Below, one piece after another: positions 38,571 through 48,832 of a DNA stretch of 64,000 bases. The position numbers and the translations under genes were made by a program. The stretch spans positions 879-64,878 of the forward strand of contig CAITUY010000042.1 of the NCBI GenBank assembly GCA_903895695.1. Direction: 5' to 3'. Source of the DNA: an uncultured bacterium (GTDB taxonomy: Bacteria; Verrucomicrobiota; Kiritimatiellia; CAIKKV01; CAITUY01). The stretch's first letter is position 1; every line of letters begins with the position of its first letter. The notes under the pieces were generated by a model, which was not told the origin of the DNA, did not search any database, and was given only the letters and a program-made list of their open reading frames with translations.

Positions 38571-41500
38571 TCAAGGCGTCAAGGGAGTCGTGACGACTCG
38601 CACGCGATAATCGCGGGTTGCGACGCCGCCCGGAACGGTGTCAGACACCTGTGCCGCCGTATTGGTGGCCGTCACCGGCGCGCCAACAGCGTCCCAGACC
38701 GATTGCGTCATCCCGCCCGCGCATTCGACCTGATAGGTCACTCCGGGCTGAGCCGTCCAGGTCACGGCCATGCCCCCTGCTCCATCCGGTTGGAGCGCGA
38801 TCGCGCGCAGGACGGAAGCCGGGGCATTCGGGTCGGTGCCGGACAGGTACTCGACCAGATCCGACATGCCATCGCCATCGCTGTCCGCCGTGCCGTCGTG
38901 AATCGTGCTTCCGAAGTAGTAACGTTCCCACTGGTCCGGCATCCCATCGTGATCAGCATCGGTAGTTAGGACGACGTCACAGGACGCCACGTTATTGCCC
39001 TTGTCGCTTTCCAGAATGAGGTTGTCAGGATCCACAACCGCGTCCAGCCGCGTCGGCATGTTTGTGAAGATCGTCCCATCCCATGTGGTTTGAGTGATTT
39101 CGGCGTCCATGCCCGGCAAGATGCCGCCGATGGTGGTCCGCGCGAATTCAACGCCATCGGCCCGGAAGACTATCGCGATATTCGTCGCCAGGATGGCCCC
39201 GTTATTGCGAACTCGTGTTGTGATGTCGACTTGTCCATTACCGCGCTCATCCACCCACACTTGCTTAGTCTGGAGATCGGGCAGGAGAAATGAAAGTGTG
39301 GCGGCATTGTTGGCCAGGTCGCTTTCGGTCACCCCGCTGCCAGCGTCCGCAACGGCCGTCAACTGGAAGACGCTGATATCAGAGGGAATACTCCAATCCA
39401 GCGCGGCCGTGGCCGTATCTCCGGCCTGCAGAAGGGGCTTATCCACAGAGCCCGTGCCGATCAACGTTCCTCCGTTGGCCGGGTCTCCCAGATAGAACGA
39501 CACTTGCGCGCCGGCCACGGGCAGGTCGCCGGCATTGCCAACCTGACAGGCCAGGGTCACAGCTTGCCCGGGCACCGGGTTGGAGGGCGACAATGCCAAC
39601 GCATTGGTCGCCAGAGCAAGGTCGGTCCGTAGCGTGTAGGTCGTGTGATATAGGTCCGTAAGGTCCTGCGCGACATCCTTCTTGATGTAGGCCATATGCA
39701 GCGTGCCGCCGGTGTCGAACGCACTGACCGCAGCTTTCTCTACGAGGGAGTCGTGCGTCAGGCGCAGAGGCAAGCTCCAGGCATCATGCGCCGGATCGTA
39801 AACCCGGTAAAACAAGTCCGGGCCCTGAGTATCCGCATCCTGCCAGCTCAATAGCAACCGCCCCTGCGGATCGCTGACGAGTTGGAAATCCGAGAAGGTG
39901 AACGACCCGCCGCCGGGCGCGACAATTCCCGCCGTGCCGCTGAGCCCGCTGCTCAACCGCATGAGGTTCGTGCCCTGCAACCAAAGCAGGTCCGGCATGC
40001 CCGCCGCGCGGTAGACCACCCGCGGACACACATCAGCCACACCGTTGCTGGTCAGTTGCACAGCCGCGCTCCAGTTGGTGCCGTCGTAATGCTGCGTAAA
40101 AAGTTCCACGTCGTCCGGGGTCGCCAGATCGCCATCCCCATCCTGCGCATACACCAGGGTCGCCTCCGTGCCATCGTAGGCCAGGCTTATGTCCCAGACA
40201 TTGGTCAGCGCATTCGACAGCGTGCCGACCGGGCCAAAGGCGCCGGTCGCCGCATCCCACTTTGCATAATGGAGCCAGGTGGGCGAGTTCGTCGTCCCGA
40301 TGATTTCACTGCCGGGGTTGCTTTGCCAGGCCAGCAGAATGTTGCCGTTCAAGCCCCGACACAGCATCGGCGCCTGGTCCAGACAGTCGTTGTCGGTCAG
40401 GGCCTGGGGTGCCGTCCAGGTGCCTGTGACGGGGTCAAAAGCGGCACACACAATCTCGAGGCGCGGCAGCATATCCTCAAGGTTGGTGCTGGTGAAGGCG
40501 TCGTCCTTCACGCGTTCCCAGGCGCAGATCACGCGGTTGCTGGCATCAAAGGCGATCGACGGCGAGTACTCCGCCTTGGTATTGGCCTCCACATACACAG
40601 GAGGGGAGTAGTTAGTGCCGTCAAACCAGACCAAACCAATATCCGTATCCTGGAGCGATGCGTTGGTCGGATTGGAATAGACAAAGGCGATGGCGGCTTT
40701 GCCGTCCTGCACGGCCAAACTGGGTTGCGCGTACGGGTAGACGTTCTGGATCAAGCGATTCTCGGCCGCCGCGGCTGACAGGGCCATACTTCTCGCGCCC
40801 GAGCGTTGCGCCGCGAATCGGCTGTATGTGCCCCTGGCGAGAAAATCGCGGGATATAGGCGCAAAACCATGCACCTCGGCAGCACTCGCGCTCATGTTCC
40901 CCTGCGACTCCGCAGATAGCAGCGACAGACCCGTTGCCGAGCCAGCGGCAGTCGGGTAGGCAAACGTAACCTTGCTCTCAAACTCCCGCTTAAAGCTCTT
41001 CACTGCCACGCCGACCTTGACCGACAACTCGCTTTCGGCCTTATCCAGATGCAGATCGAAGCCAGATTTGCTCGCCCAGATGATTTTCGCGCTTCCTGAA
41101 CCAGTCAATTCCGACTCGATTCCGTGGATGATGTTGGCGGACAGCGTAATACCGACACCCACCTGGATCTCCGGCTGAAAGCTGCTAACCCAGGGAAAGT
41201 CATTGGTGCTGTCAACCACGAAGGTCGACCCGCCGCCGACCGTCGTAAAGGTCTTCACACGCGCAGCGCCGGTCCACAGAACGATCACGCGCCCCACCAC
41301 CGGCAACTGCGCCGCCGCGGCGATCGCCGGCACCAGGTCGACAATGCCCAGTTCTCGTTCCACCCGACCCTCAATCGTCAGATTGACTTCCTTGGCCGAC
41401 CAGACCAGACCAGATCCCGGCTTGTAGGCGATCTTGCCCGTTCCCTTGAACTTGCCGAGAACCGACTTGTCGGCCGCAACGATACCGCTCTGCCCACCCA

Positions 41501-43457
41501 GGAAGACACTGCCCGTATTGTCGGTCTTGTACTCCGCCCCCATGGACAGCTGGGTTTGCAGCAGCGCATAATCACCACCAATAATGGGGATCGTTTTCCA
41601 GGTATTCCAGATCCAATCGGGCATCATGCTCTTCAGCGAAACCGACCAGGGCGGTTCAGGGAACGCACCCGACACCGAGTACGCGGCATCAAACTCAAGC
41701 CCGGGAATAAGCGTGAACGTTGGGGCCAAAAACCGCAGCCAAGCGGGCCTGGGCGCGACGGTCGGCCTGATCGGCCAGGGCGACGATAGCCCTCCCTGGC
41801 TGTTCTGAGCGACGATCGTCAAAAGGTTAAACCCCGGATCGACGCTGGGGATGAAGTCCTTACCCATGTCGACAGCAAAATCCCCGCCGCTGGCGAGTGC
41901 AGTCACCGACGAAATCTGGCCGTTCCGATTCACCACAAGGCTCCCCGGCTGAGAACCGTTCCAATCCACCGCCACCGTGTAGACATTCCGAAGTGGGACG
42001 CCATCCACAAAGAAATGCCCGTAAGGCGATCTCACGCTCGTAATGACGGGCACATTCGACGTTATGGCCGCCAGGGACTGAAGGGAAAAATTCACGGTGG
42101 CGAACAGACTGGAGTACAAATCGGCCTGCTTCACGGCATGTGAATAACCATCCAGAGTCACCGCCACGTCCACGGGTGCCGAGAAATCAGAGGAAGCAAT
42201 CTCGGCCCGGTAGTACCCATTTCCGTCCGCGGTAACAACCACGCCGTCCGCGGTTACGGTGGCGCCGGGCAGCGGGTATCCGGTGCCCTTCTCGCTGACC
42301 GAGCCGCACACCAGTCGGGTACCCCCCGTGGGTTTGGGATAGGCGGCCGGCTCCGGATAGTTAAGGTCAGGGCCGAGGTCCTGATGCGACCACGATACCC
42401 GCCCATCGCGAAGGTACCTCACCGAGTAGGTCCACAGCCCATACACGCATCCGTTGTCCTCGGGACCGGCCGAATAGCAAATCTGGGCGCCATCCCACTC
42501 GTTCGAGACGTCGACCCACGCCTGCACGACACCCTGAACCCGACCATTCACATAGGGCACGATGCTTAGGGGTTGCCCCTGGGCATCCCAACTTGTCGCC
42601 ACTCCGTTCAGCCGGCCTTGGTCGTCATAAAAGGCAATGCTGCCCAACTGCCCGCTCGGATACCAAGTCATGGCCGCGCCCTTCAGATTGCCGCTCTTGT
42701 ACGTCACCTTCGACCTCATCGCGCCGCTCGCGTACCATTGCTGATCCAGGCCGTCTCGAAGACCATCCACGTAGTTAATCTCTTCCGACAGGGCGCCCGA
42801 GTCATAGTAGGTGCGCCAGGCGCCATCGGGAAGGCCGTTCTTGTAGGTTTCGCACGAACTCATGATCCCGTTCGTGTAGTAAGTGACCGCCGTGAGCAAG
42901 ATATTGCCGTCGGCCCACTCAGTGTGATTCTTGGAGAGCAACGGCCCGGACAAGTAATAGCCGTAATCCGTTTCCCAGATCAGCAGGTTCATCGCGTATT
43001 GCTTTTCGTTTTCCAGATGACCCGAACCGTCCCACATCGACCACAACCCGTTGGTGACTCCCGCCAGATAGCTCTGTTGGCTGACGAGGGTTCCGTCACT
43101 GGTCCAATACGACCACTGGCCGTCGTACAGGTCATTGGTGAAGTTACCTTGGGACGACTTGGTGCCGTTTGGCCACCAGCTCAGCCACAGCCCCTGCCGG
43201 TGGTTGTTGCCAAACTGCCCCCCTACCTGTCGGGTTCCATCCTCGTAGAAAGCCGAATAAGGTCCCTGCTGAATGAAGTTGTCATTCGTGTCGATATAGT
43301 ACCAGAGGTCGTAGTGGATGACCCCGTTGCCGTAGTACCCGACGTATTCCTGAAGAGTCTGCGACTTCGCTGTGTCGCCGCCGCGGCCGAGCCACAAGAC
43401 GGCAGCCAGCATCAGGACGCTGGGGTCGAGCGCGAGACGCAGACGTGAACGGTTCAT
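38571..43457 (-). CDS. Large secreted multidomain protein (MORN2-like repeats, carboxypeptidase-regulatory-like domain, CARDB domains, Ca-binding DxDxDG motifs)
   Basis: Signal peptide, repeated G.W..YY.SG.L..E..Y..G, G.V.....G.PLPGATV, V.ES..NN.A twice, DADHDGMPDQWE and DSDGDGMSD..EY..GTDP. Confidence 0.8.
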   Translation of the reverse strand: MNRSRLRLALDPSVLMLAAVLWLGRGGDTAKSQTLQEYVGYYGNGVIHYDLWYYIDTNDNFIQQGPYSAFYEDGTRQVGGQFGNNHRQGLWLSWWPNGTKSSQGNFTNDLYDGQWSYWTSDGTLVSQQSYLAGVTNGLWSMWDGSGHLENEKQYAMNLLIWETDYGYYLSGPLLSKNHTEWADGNILLTAVTYYTNGIMSSCETYKNGLPDGAWRTYYDSGALSEEINYVDGLRDGLDQQWYASGAMRSKVTYKSGNLKGAAMTWYPSGQLGSIAFYDDQGRLNGVATSWDAQGQPLSIVPYVNGRVQGVVQAWVDVSNEWDGAQICYSAGPEDNGCVYGLWTYSVRYLRDGRVSWSHQDLGPDLNYPEPAAYPKPTGGTRLVCGSVSEKGTGYPLPGATVTADGVVVTADGNGYYRAEIASSDFSAPVDVAVTLDGYSHAVKQADLYSSLFATVNFSLQSLAAITSNVPVITSVRSPYGHFFVDGVPLRNVYTVAVDWNGSQPGSLVVNRNGQISSVTALASGGDFAVDMGKDFIPSVDPGFNLLTIVAQNSQGGLSSPWPIRPTVAPRPAWLRFLAPTFTLIPGLEFDAAYSVSGAFPEPPWSVSLKSMMPDWIWNTWKTIPIIGGDYALLQTQLSMGAEYKTDNTGSVFLGGQSGIVAADKSVLGKFKGTGKIAYKPGSGLVWSAKEVNLTIEGRVERELGIVDLVPAIAAAAQLPVVGRVIVLWTGAARVKTFTTVGGGSTFVVDSTNDFPWVSSFQPEIQVGVGITLSANIIHGIESELTGSGSAKIIWASKSGFDLHLDKAESELSVKVGVAVKSFKREFESKVTFAYPTAAGSATGLSLLSAESQGNMSASAAEVHGFAPISRDFLARGTYSRFAAQRSGARSMALSAAAAENRLIQNVYPYAQPSLAVQDGKAAIAFVYSNPTNASLQDTDIGLVWFDGTNYSPPVYVEANTKAEYSPSIAFDASNRVICAWERVKDDAFTSTNLEDMLPRLEIVCAAFDPVTGTWTAPQALTDNDCLDQAPMLCRGLNGNILLAWQSNPGSEIIGTTNSPTWLHYAKWDAATGAFGPVGTLSNALTNVWDISLAYDGTEATLVYAQDGDGDLATPDDVELFTQHYDGTNWSAAVQLTSNGVADVCPRVVYRAAGMPDLLWLQGTNLMRLSSGLSGTAGIVAPGGGSFTFSDFQLVSDPQGRLLLSWQDADTQGPDLFYRVYDPAHDAWSLPLRLTHDSLVEKAAVSAFDTGGTLHMAYIKKDVAQDLTDLYHTTYTLRTDLALATNALALSPSNPVPGQAVTLACQVGNAGDLPVAGAQVSFYLGDPANGGTLIGTGSVDKPLLQAGDTATAALDWSIPSDISVFQLTAVADAGSGVTESDLANNAATLSFLLPDLQTKQVWVDERGNGQVDITTRVRNNGAILATNIAIVFRADGVEFARTTIGGILPGMDAEITQTTWDGTIFTNMPTRLDAVVDPDNLILESDKGNNVASCDVVLTTDADHDGMPDQWERYYFGSTIHDGTADSDGDGMSDLVEYLSGTDPNAPASVLRAIALQPDGAGGMAVTWTAQPGVTYQVECAGGMTQSVWDAVGAPVTATNTAAQVSDTVPGGVATRDYRVRVVTTPLTP

Positions 43458-43602
43458 GGACGGCCACTCCTTCTATCCGCGTGCAGGCTTACTCCATCAC
43501 GCATCATGCCGAAGTGTGCCTCTTCTAGCATCGGGCCCCTGACAATTCAAGTTCGAAGCAGGCAGCGTGCACCGCACGGCCAGACACGCCACCAGAAGCC
43601 GC

Positions 43603-43631
43603 TTGCGCCCAGACAAAGGGCGGCATAACCT
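43603..43631 (+). promoter_or_regulatory. Putative sigma70-type promoter of the oxidoreductase-MFS operon
   Basis: TTGCGC-N17-TAACCT. Confidence 0.45.
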
Positions 43632-43675
43632 ACGCCCCCAATACATCGCAATCGACGAGAAAGAGATAACTCCAT

Positions 43676-45685
43676 ATGTCAAAGAAAATGGTTCGGTGGG
43701 GCTTATTGGCGGCGGGTGGGATTGCCGGGGCTTTTGCCCACGGGCTCAAGCAGACAAGCTCGGGCAAGGCCATGGCGGTGGCCAGTCGATCGCTCGACAA
43801 GGCGCGGGAGTTCGCGAAAAAGAACGGCATTCCCAAAGCCTACGGCAGTTATGAGGCGCTTCTGGCCGACCCCGGGATCGATGCCGTGTATGTCTCCACG
43901 CCCCACCCGATGCACGCCGAATGGGTCATCAAGGCGGCAGAGGCCGGGAAACACATCCTGTGCGAAAAGCCGCTGGCGATGAACCAGTTCGACGTGCAGA
44001 CCATGATTGAAGCGGCCCGCCGCAACGACGTGTTCCTGATGGAAGCCTTCATGTTCCGCTGCAATCCGCAAACGAAGCGGATCGTGGACCTGATCCGCGA
44101 AGGCGCCATTGGCCAGGTGCGCATGATCCGGACGACGTTCAGCTTTCAGTGCGGATACGGCAATCTCGGCGGCCGGCTGATGAACCCGGCCCTGGGCGGC
44201 GGCGGCATCCTGGACGTGGGATGCTACGCGGTTTCGTTCGCCCGCCTGGTGGCGGGTGCCGCCCTGGGACGGGACATCGCCGAGCCGCTGTCCGTCCAGG
44301 GCGCGGCGCACTTGGGCCAGACCGGCGTGGACGAGTGGGCTTCCGCCTTGCTGAAGTTCGAAGGCGATATCATTGCCCAGTGCTCGACCGGCGTGCAACT
44401 CAACCAGGACGGCAACGTCATCTACGGCAGCGAAGGCGCGATCACCATCCCCTCGCCCTGGTTCTGCCAGGGTCGCGAGGCCGGGCAGACGCGTTTCACG
44501 CTCGCGCGGCAGGGCAAAGACGCGCAGGAAATCGTCGTGGACGTTCCCAAGGGCATCTACACCCTGGAGGCGGACGTTGTGGCGGCCAATATTCCCAAGC
44601 GCCAGGCGCCCTCGCCGGCGATGAGCTGGGCGGACTCCCTCGGCCAGGCCGCCACGCTCGATGCCTGGCGCGCCGCCATCGGCCTAACATACCCCTGCGA
44701 GACCGCTGAGGCCTACGCTCTGCCCGTGGACCGGCGCCCGCTCGCGGTGCGCAAACCCAACCGCATGCGGTACGATGAAGTGCCCGGCGTCGGTAAGAAG
44801 ATCTCGCGCCTGGTCATGGGCACCATGGTGCAGCGCAATCCGGCCCACGCCACGGCGCTCTTCGACGAATTCTTTGCCCGCGGGGGCAACTGCTTCGACA
44901 CGGCCTACATCTACGGCGGCGGCAGCACCGAGCGCCTGCTGGGACAGTGGATCAAAGCCCGCAACCTGCGCGAGGCCGTGGTCATCGCCGCGAAGGGCGC
45001 CCACCCGCCGCACTGCACGCCCGAGGCAATCCGCCGCCAGCTTTCCGAGACCCTGGAGCGGCTCCAGACAGACTACGTGGATCTGTATTTCATGCACCGC
45101 GACAACCTGGATATCCCGGTCGGGGAGTTCGTGGACGTGCTGAACGAATTTAAGGCCGAGGGTAAGCTGCGGGCATTCGGCGGATCGAACTGGACCTTGC
45201 AGCGCTTCGACGAGGCGAACACGTACGCCCGGAAGCATCGTAAGACGCCTTTCGCGGCGCTGAGCAACAACTTCAGCCTGGCCCGGATGGTTAACCCGCT
45301 CTGGCAGGGCTGCATTGCGGTATCGGACCCCGCCAGCATCAAGTGGCACGTCAAGAAACAGGTGCCGAACTTCGCCTGGTCAAGCCAGGCGCGCGGCTTC
45401 TTCGTCCCGGAGCTCTCCGCGCCGGACAAGCGCGGCGACAGTCTCCTCGTGAACTCGTGGTACAGCGACGATAACTTCGAACGCCAGCAGCGTTGTTTTG
45501 CGCTTGCGAAAAAGCGGAGCGTCCACCCGATAACCATCGCGCTCGCCTATGTGCTGGCGCAGCCCTTCCCGATGTGGGCACTGATCGGCCCGGCCACCGT
45601 TGCCGAAGGCCTGGCGTCTTACGCGGCCCTCGATGTCAAGCTGACGCCGCGTGAAGTCGCGTGGTTGAACCTGGAACGGGAGTAA
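43676..45685 (+). CDS. Gfo/Idh/MocA oxidoreductase fused to an aldo/keto reductase
   Basis: N-half: WGLL..G.IA, GKHILCEKP, GGGILDVGCY. C-half: FDTAYIYG, AKGAHP, LQTDYVDLYFMHRD, GGSNW. Confidence 0.92.
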   Translation: MSKKMVRWGLLAAGGIAGAFAHGLKQTSSGKAMAVASRSLDKAREFAKKNGIPKAYGSYEALLADPGIDAVYVSTPHPMHAEWVIKAAEAGKHILCEKPLAMNQFDVQTMIEAARRNDVFLMEAFMFRCNPQTKRIVDLIREGAIGQVRMIRTTFSFQCGYGNLGGRLMNPALGGGGILDVGCYAVSFARLVAGAALGRDIAEPLSVQGAAHLGQTGVDEWASALLKFEGDIIAQCSTGVQLNQDGNVIYGSEGAITIPSPWFCQGREAGQTRFTLARQGKDAQEIVVDVPKGIYTLEADVVAANIPKRQAPSPAMSWADSLGQAATLDAWRAAIGLTYPCETAEAYALPVDRRPLAVRKPNRMRYDEVPGVGKKISRLVMGTMVQRNPAHATALFDEFFARGGNCFDTAYIYGGGSTERLLGQWIKARNLREAVVIAAKGAHPPHCTPEAIRRQLSETLERLQTDYVDLYFMHRDNLDIPVGEFVDVLNEFKAEGKLRAFGGSNWTLQRFDEANTYARKHRKTPFAALSNNFSLARMVNPLWQGCIAVSDPASIKWHVKKQVPNFAWSSQARGFFVPELSAPDKRGDSLLVNSWYSDDNFERQQRCFALAKKRSVHPITIALAYVLAQPFPMWALIGPATVAEGLASYAALDVKLTPREVAWLNLERE

Positions 45686-45690
45686 CCCTT

Positions 45691-47061
45691 ATGGCTTCGG
45701 CGACAGTGGCATCGGTTCCTTCCTCTGCGGGGGGCCGTGTGGTCATGCTCCCGCGCGGCGCCGTGCGCCGCGCGGTGCGCCTGTCGTTCGTGCAGGCCAT
45801 GCTGGGCGCGGTCTACGGGGCCTCCACGGGGGGCATGTTCCTGATCGGCTACGCGTTGCAGCTCGGGGCCACGAACGTCCAGATCGGGCTGATGAGCACC
45901 ATCCCCATGCTCTGCATCGGGGTGCAGTTGGGCACGGCGGCGCTGATCGAGCGCGGTGTGAACCGCCGCCGCCTGACCGTCGTCGCATCGCTGCTGAACG
46001 TCGCGTTCTGGCTCCCGGTCATCCTCATCCCCTTTGTGGCGCCCGCCGCGCCCACTTCCGTCAAGGTCGGCTTCCTGATCGCGGCGCTCACGGCCATCAC
46101 GTTCTTCGCCTACGTGGCCGGCAACGCCCGTGGAAGCTGGGTGGGCGACCTGATCCCCGCGCGGTTTCGCGGCACGTTCTTCGGCCGGGCCGCCATGTAC
46201 GCCGGCATTGTCGCCAGCCTGTTCGCGATCGGCGAAGGCGCCTTTCTCGACGTCGTCAAGCGCCACGGCATGGCCGCCTACAGCCTGCTCTTCGGGTTCG
46301 GCATCGTCTTCGGCGTGGCGGGCGCCCTGCTCTTCCTGCCGCAGGCCGACATCCCCGCCCCGCGCCACAAGGACGGCTCGAATCTGCCGCGACTGGTACG
46401 CGAAACGCTCACGAACCGCGCTCTGCTCATGGTCATTCTCTTCGCCGTGCTTTGGTCGCTGCAGGCCATTGCCGGCCCGTTCTACGTCACGTACATGCTA
46501 CGCGACCTCGGCATGCCGTTCCTCGGCATCGGCATCATCAACGCCTTCCTGATGCTCGCCTTCCTCTTGTCCTCCCCGCTGTGGGGCCGCGCGGTGGACC
46601 GCTGGGGCTGTCGCCCCGTGCTCACGGCGTGCGCGACGGCGCTGGGGGCGTTGCAGTTCGTGTGGCTGTGGCTCGATACCGCCCACGCCGTCTACCTGGT
46701 AGTGCCCGTCGCCAACCTCGTGGCGGGCGTGAGCGTCGGCGGCGTCAGCGTCGCGCTCAACACGCTGCTCTACAAAGTAACGCCGACGCGGGGCCGCTCC
46801 GTCCAATTGGCGATCTATTCGATCGTGGTCGTGCTGGCAGCCGCGCCGCTGCCCTCCCTGGGCGGGCACTTGCCGGCCTGGTTCGGCGGGCTCCACCTGC
46901 CCGCCGACCTGCGGCTCACGTTCTACGCGGCCGGGTTCTTCATGCTGCTTTCAGCGCTTGTCGCGCGCCGCATCCACGAGCCGGGGGCGCGCCCCGCGCG
47001 TGACATGCTGCGGGATCTCGGCGCGCAGGGGCTCGCGCCCATCCTGCGCTGGTGGGACTGA
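45691..47061 (+). CDS. MFS transporter
   Basis: About 12 TM helices, W.GDLIP..RG.FFG and WGR.VDRWG.RP. Confidence 0.88.
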   Translation: MASATVASVPSSAGGRVVMLPRGAVRRAVRLSFVQAMLGAVYGASTGGMFLIGYALQLGATNVQIGLMSTIPMLCIGVQLGTAALIERGVNRRRLTVVASLLNVAFWLPVILIPFVAPAAPTSVKVGFLIAALTAITFFAYVAGNARGSWVGDLIPARFRGTFFGRAAMYAGIVASLFAIGEGAFLDVVKRHGMAAYSLLFGFGIVFGVAGALLFLPQADIPAPRHKDGSNLPRLVRETLTNRALLMVILFAVLWSLQAIAGPFYVTYMLRDLGMPFLGIGIINAFLMLAFLLSSPLWGRAVDRWGCRPVLTACATALGALQFVWLWLDTAHAVYLVVPVANLVAGVSVGGVSVALNTLLYKVTPTRGRSVQLAIYSIVVVLAAAPLPSLGGHLPAWFGGLHLPADLRLTFYAAGFFMLLSALVARRIHEPGARPARDMLRDLGAQGLAPILRWWD

Positions 47062-47075
47062 TTTCGGCTCCGGGA

Positions 47076-47234
47076 CTAGCAGTCTGTCGGGCTTAAACGC
47101 TACGAGAGGCCGCAACCGTCGCTACCGGCGGAGGACCGCCGGCTCCAGTTCGCTTTTGGGGCGCTTTGGAGCCGGCCGTCTCGGCCGGTAGCAGGCGTGG
47201 TGCCCTTCGGGTCGTAAGTCCGACAGGCTGCTAG
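47076..47234. mobile_element. MITE-like element bounded by CTAG with 20-bp terminal inverted repeats
   Basis: CTAGCAGTCTGTCGGGCTTA versus the reverse complement of TAAGTCCGACAGGCTGCTAG, 18/20 match. Nested stems GCTACCGGC/GCCGGTAGC and GCCGGCTCCA/TGGAGCCGGC. Confidence 0.8.
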
Positions 47235-48790
47235 GCGCACGAGCGATCCAGGATCCGGCCGTCCTTGATCTCCAGGATCCGCGTGGCGAGCGAACCGATC
47301 AGCCGATGATCGTGTGAAACGAAGATAACGGTGGTCGCGGTCTCCGACAGCGCGAAGTTGAGCGCCTCAATGGACTCCAGGTCCAGGTGGTTCGTGGGCT
47401 CGTCCAAAATAGCCACATTCCCGCCCTCCAGCATCATCTTGGCCAGGATAAGCCGGGCTTTCTCCCCACCGCTCAGAACCTGGACGGGCTTGAAGACATC
47501 GTCCTTGCTGAACAGCATGCGGCCCATGAATGACCGAAGCTCGGTTTCGGAAATATCCTTGTCGTCGGCGAACTGCCGGAGCCAGGTCAGCGCCTGGCTC
47601 TGCGGGTCCAGCGCTTCCGCGGGATCCTGGGGAAAGACGCTGAACTGGATGGTGTCACCGAGGACCACGGTGCCCGTGTCCGGGGGCAGAAGCCCGCATA
47701 GGATCTTCAGGAGGGTCGTCTTCCCGACGCCATTCTTCCCGATGATCGCGATCTTCTCCTTCGGCTCGATCTTGCAGGAGAAATCCGAGAAGAGCGGGCG
47801 GTCGTAACTCTTGGAGACGCGATCGAGCTGAATGACCTTGTCGCCGAGCCGCTTCTTGGGAGTAAACCGGATATAGGGCGATACGCGCGAACTGGGCTTC
47901 ACCTCTTCCAGTTCCAGTTTGCCCAGCAGCTTCTGCCGGGAGGTCGCCTGCCTGGCTTTGGACGCGTTGGCGCTGAAGCGACTGATGAAGGTCTTCAGGT
48001 CGTGAATCTGCTTCTCCAGCTTCTTGTTCGACTTCTCCCGCCGTTCGCGGGCCTCCAGGCTCGCAATGGTGAAGTCATCATAGTTGCCGGTGAACATGCG
48101 GATTTCATGGTAGTCCAGATCGGCGATATGCGTGCAGACCTGGTTCAGGAAGAAACGGTCATGCGATATGACAATGACGGTGCCTTCGTACCGCTTCAAC
48201 AACTCGACCAACCACTCGATGGATTCGAGATCCAGATGGTTGGTGGGTTCGTCCAGCAGGAGAACGTCGGGATGGGCGAACAACACCTGGGCCAGCAACA
48301 CCCTGAGTTTGAAGCCGCCCTGCAAGGTCCGCAATTCCTTGGCAAAAACGTCTTCGGTGAACCCGAGGCCCGCCAGCAACTTGGCGGCATCGGCTTCCAT
48401 GGTGTAGCCGCCCGCCGCGCCGAATTCCTCCTCGACCAGGCCGCTGCGATCATGTTCGGCCTCGGTAAGATCCGTCTTGGAATAGAGGGCCTCCCGCTCG
48501 TTATGGAGATCCCAGAGCCTCTTGTTCCCCATGTAAACGGTATCGAGGATCGCAACGTCGTCGAATTCGGCATGATCCTGGCGCAGGTAGCCCAGCGTGC
48601 AGTCCCGTCCGACGATCACTTCGCCCTGGCTGGCCGGGACGAGGCCGGCCAGGATCTTGACGAAAGTCGACTTTCCTGACCCGTTGGCGCCGATCAAGCC
48701 ATAGCAGTTCCCAGGGGTGAACTGGACAGAGACGTCCTCGAACAACACATCCTGCCCAAATCGTTTAGTAAGCCTAGAAGTAGAAATCAC
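47231..48790 (-). CDS. ybiT: ABC-F family ATPase (YbiT/YkpA-like)
   Basis: Two ABC domains (GANGSGKS, GKNGVGKT, LDEPTNHLD twice), linker FSANASKARQATSR, no TM segment. Confidence 0.9.
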   Translation of the reverse strand: MISTSRLTKRFGQDVLFEDVSVQFTPGNCYGLIGANGSGKSTFVKILAGLVPASQGEVIVGRDCTLGYLRQDHAEFDDVAILDTVYMGNKRLWDLHNEREALYSKTDLTEAEHDRSGLVEEEFGAAGGYTMEADAAKLLAGLGFTEDVFAKELRTLQGGFKLRVLLAQVLFAHPDVLLLDEPTNHLDLESIEWLVELLKRYEGTVIVISHDRFFLNQVCTHIADLDYHEIRMFTGNYDDFTIASLEARERREKSNKKLEKQIHDLKTFISRFSANASKARQATSRQKLLGKLELEEVKPSSRVSPYIRFTPKKRLGDKVIQLDRVSKSYDRPLFSDFSCKIEPKEKIAIIGKNGVGKTTLLKILCGLLPPDTGTVVLGDTIQFSVFPQDPAEALDPQSQALTWLRQFADDKDISETELRSFMGRMLFSKDDVFKPVQVLSGGEKARLILAKMMLEGGNVAILDEPTNHLDLESIEALNFALSETATTVIFVSHDHRLIGSLATRILEIKDGRILDRSCA

Positions 48791-48832
48791 GCAGTTGTTC
48801 CAATCCGGGGGTCAGGCCCATACCAGAGGGCG

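Noticed and set aside
42400..43400. MORN repeats as a YwqK-like antitoxin of a toxin-antitoxin or polymorphic toxin system
   Set aside because: The repeats are part of a large secreted protein, and no adjacent toxin or immunity gene is visible.
43522..43550. Minus-strand TTGAAT-N17-TAGAAG promoter for the large secreted protein
   Set aside because: The -10 element lacks the conserved final T. Not distinguishable from chance.
47231..47300. ABC-F gene truncated by the MITE
   Set aside because: If CTAG is the duplicated target, the TAG stop pre-existed the insertion. Both ATPase domains are complete, although the tail is short.
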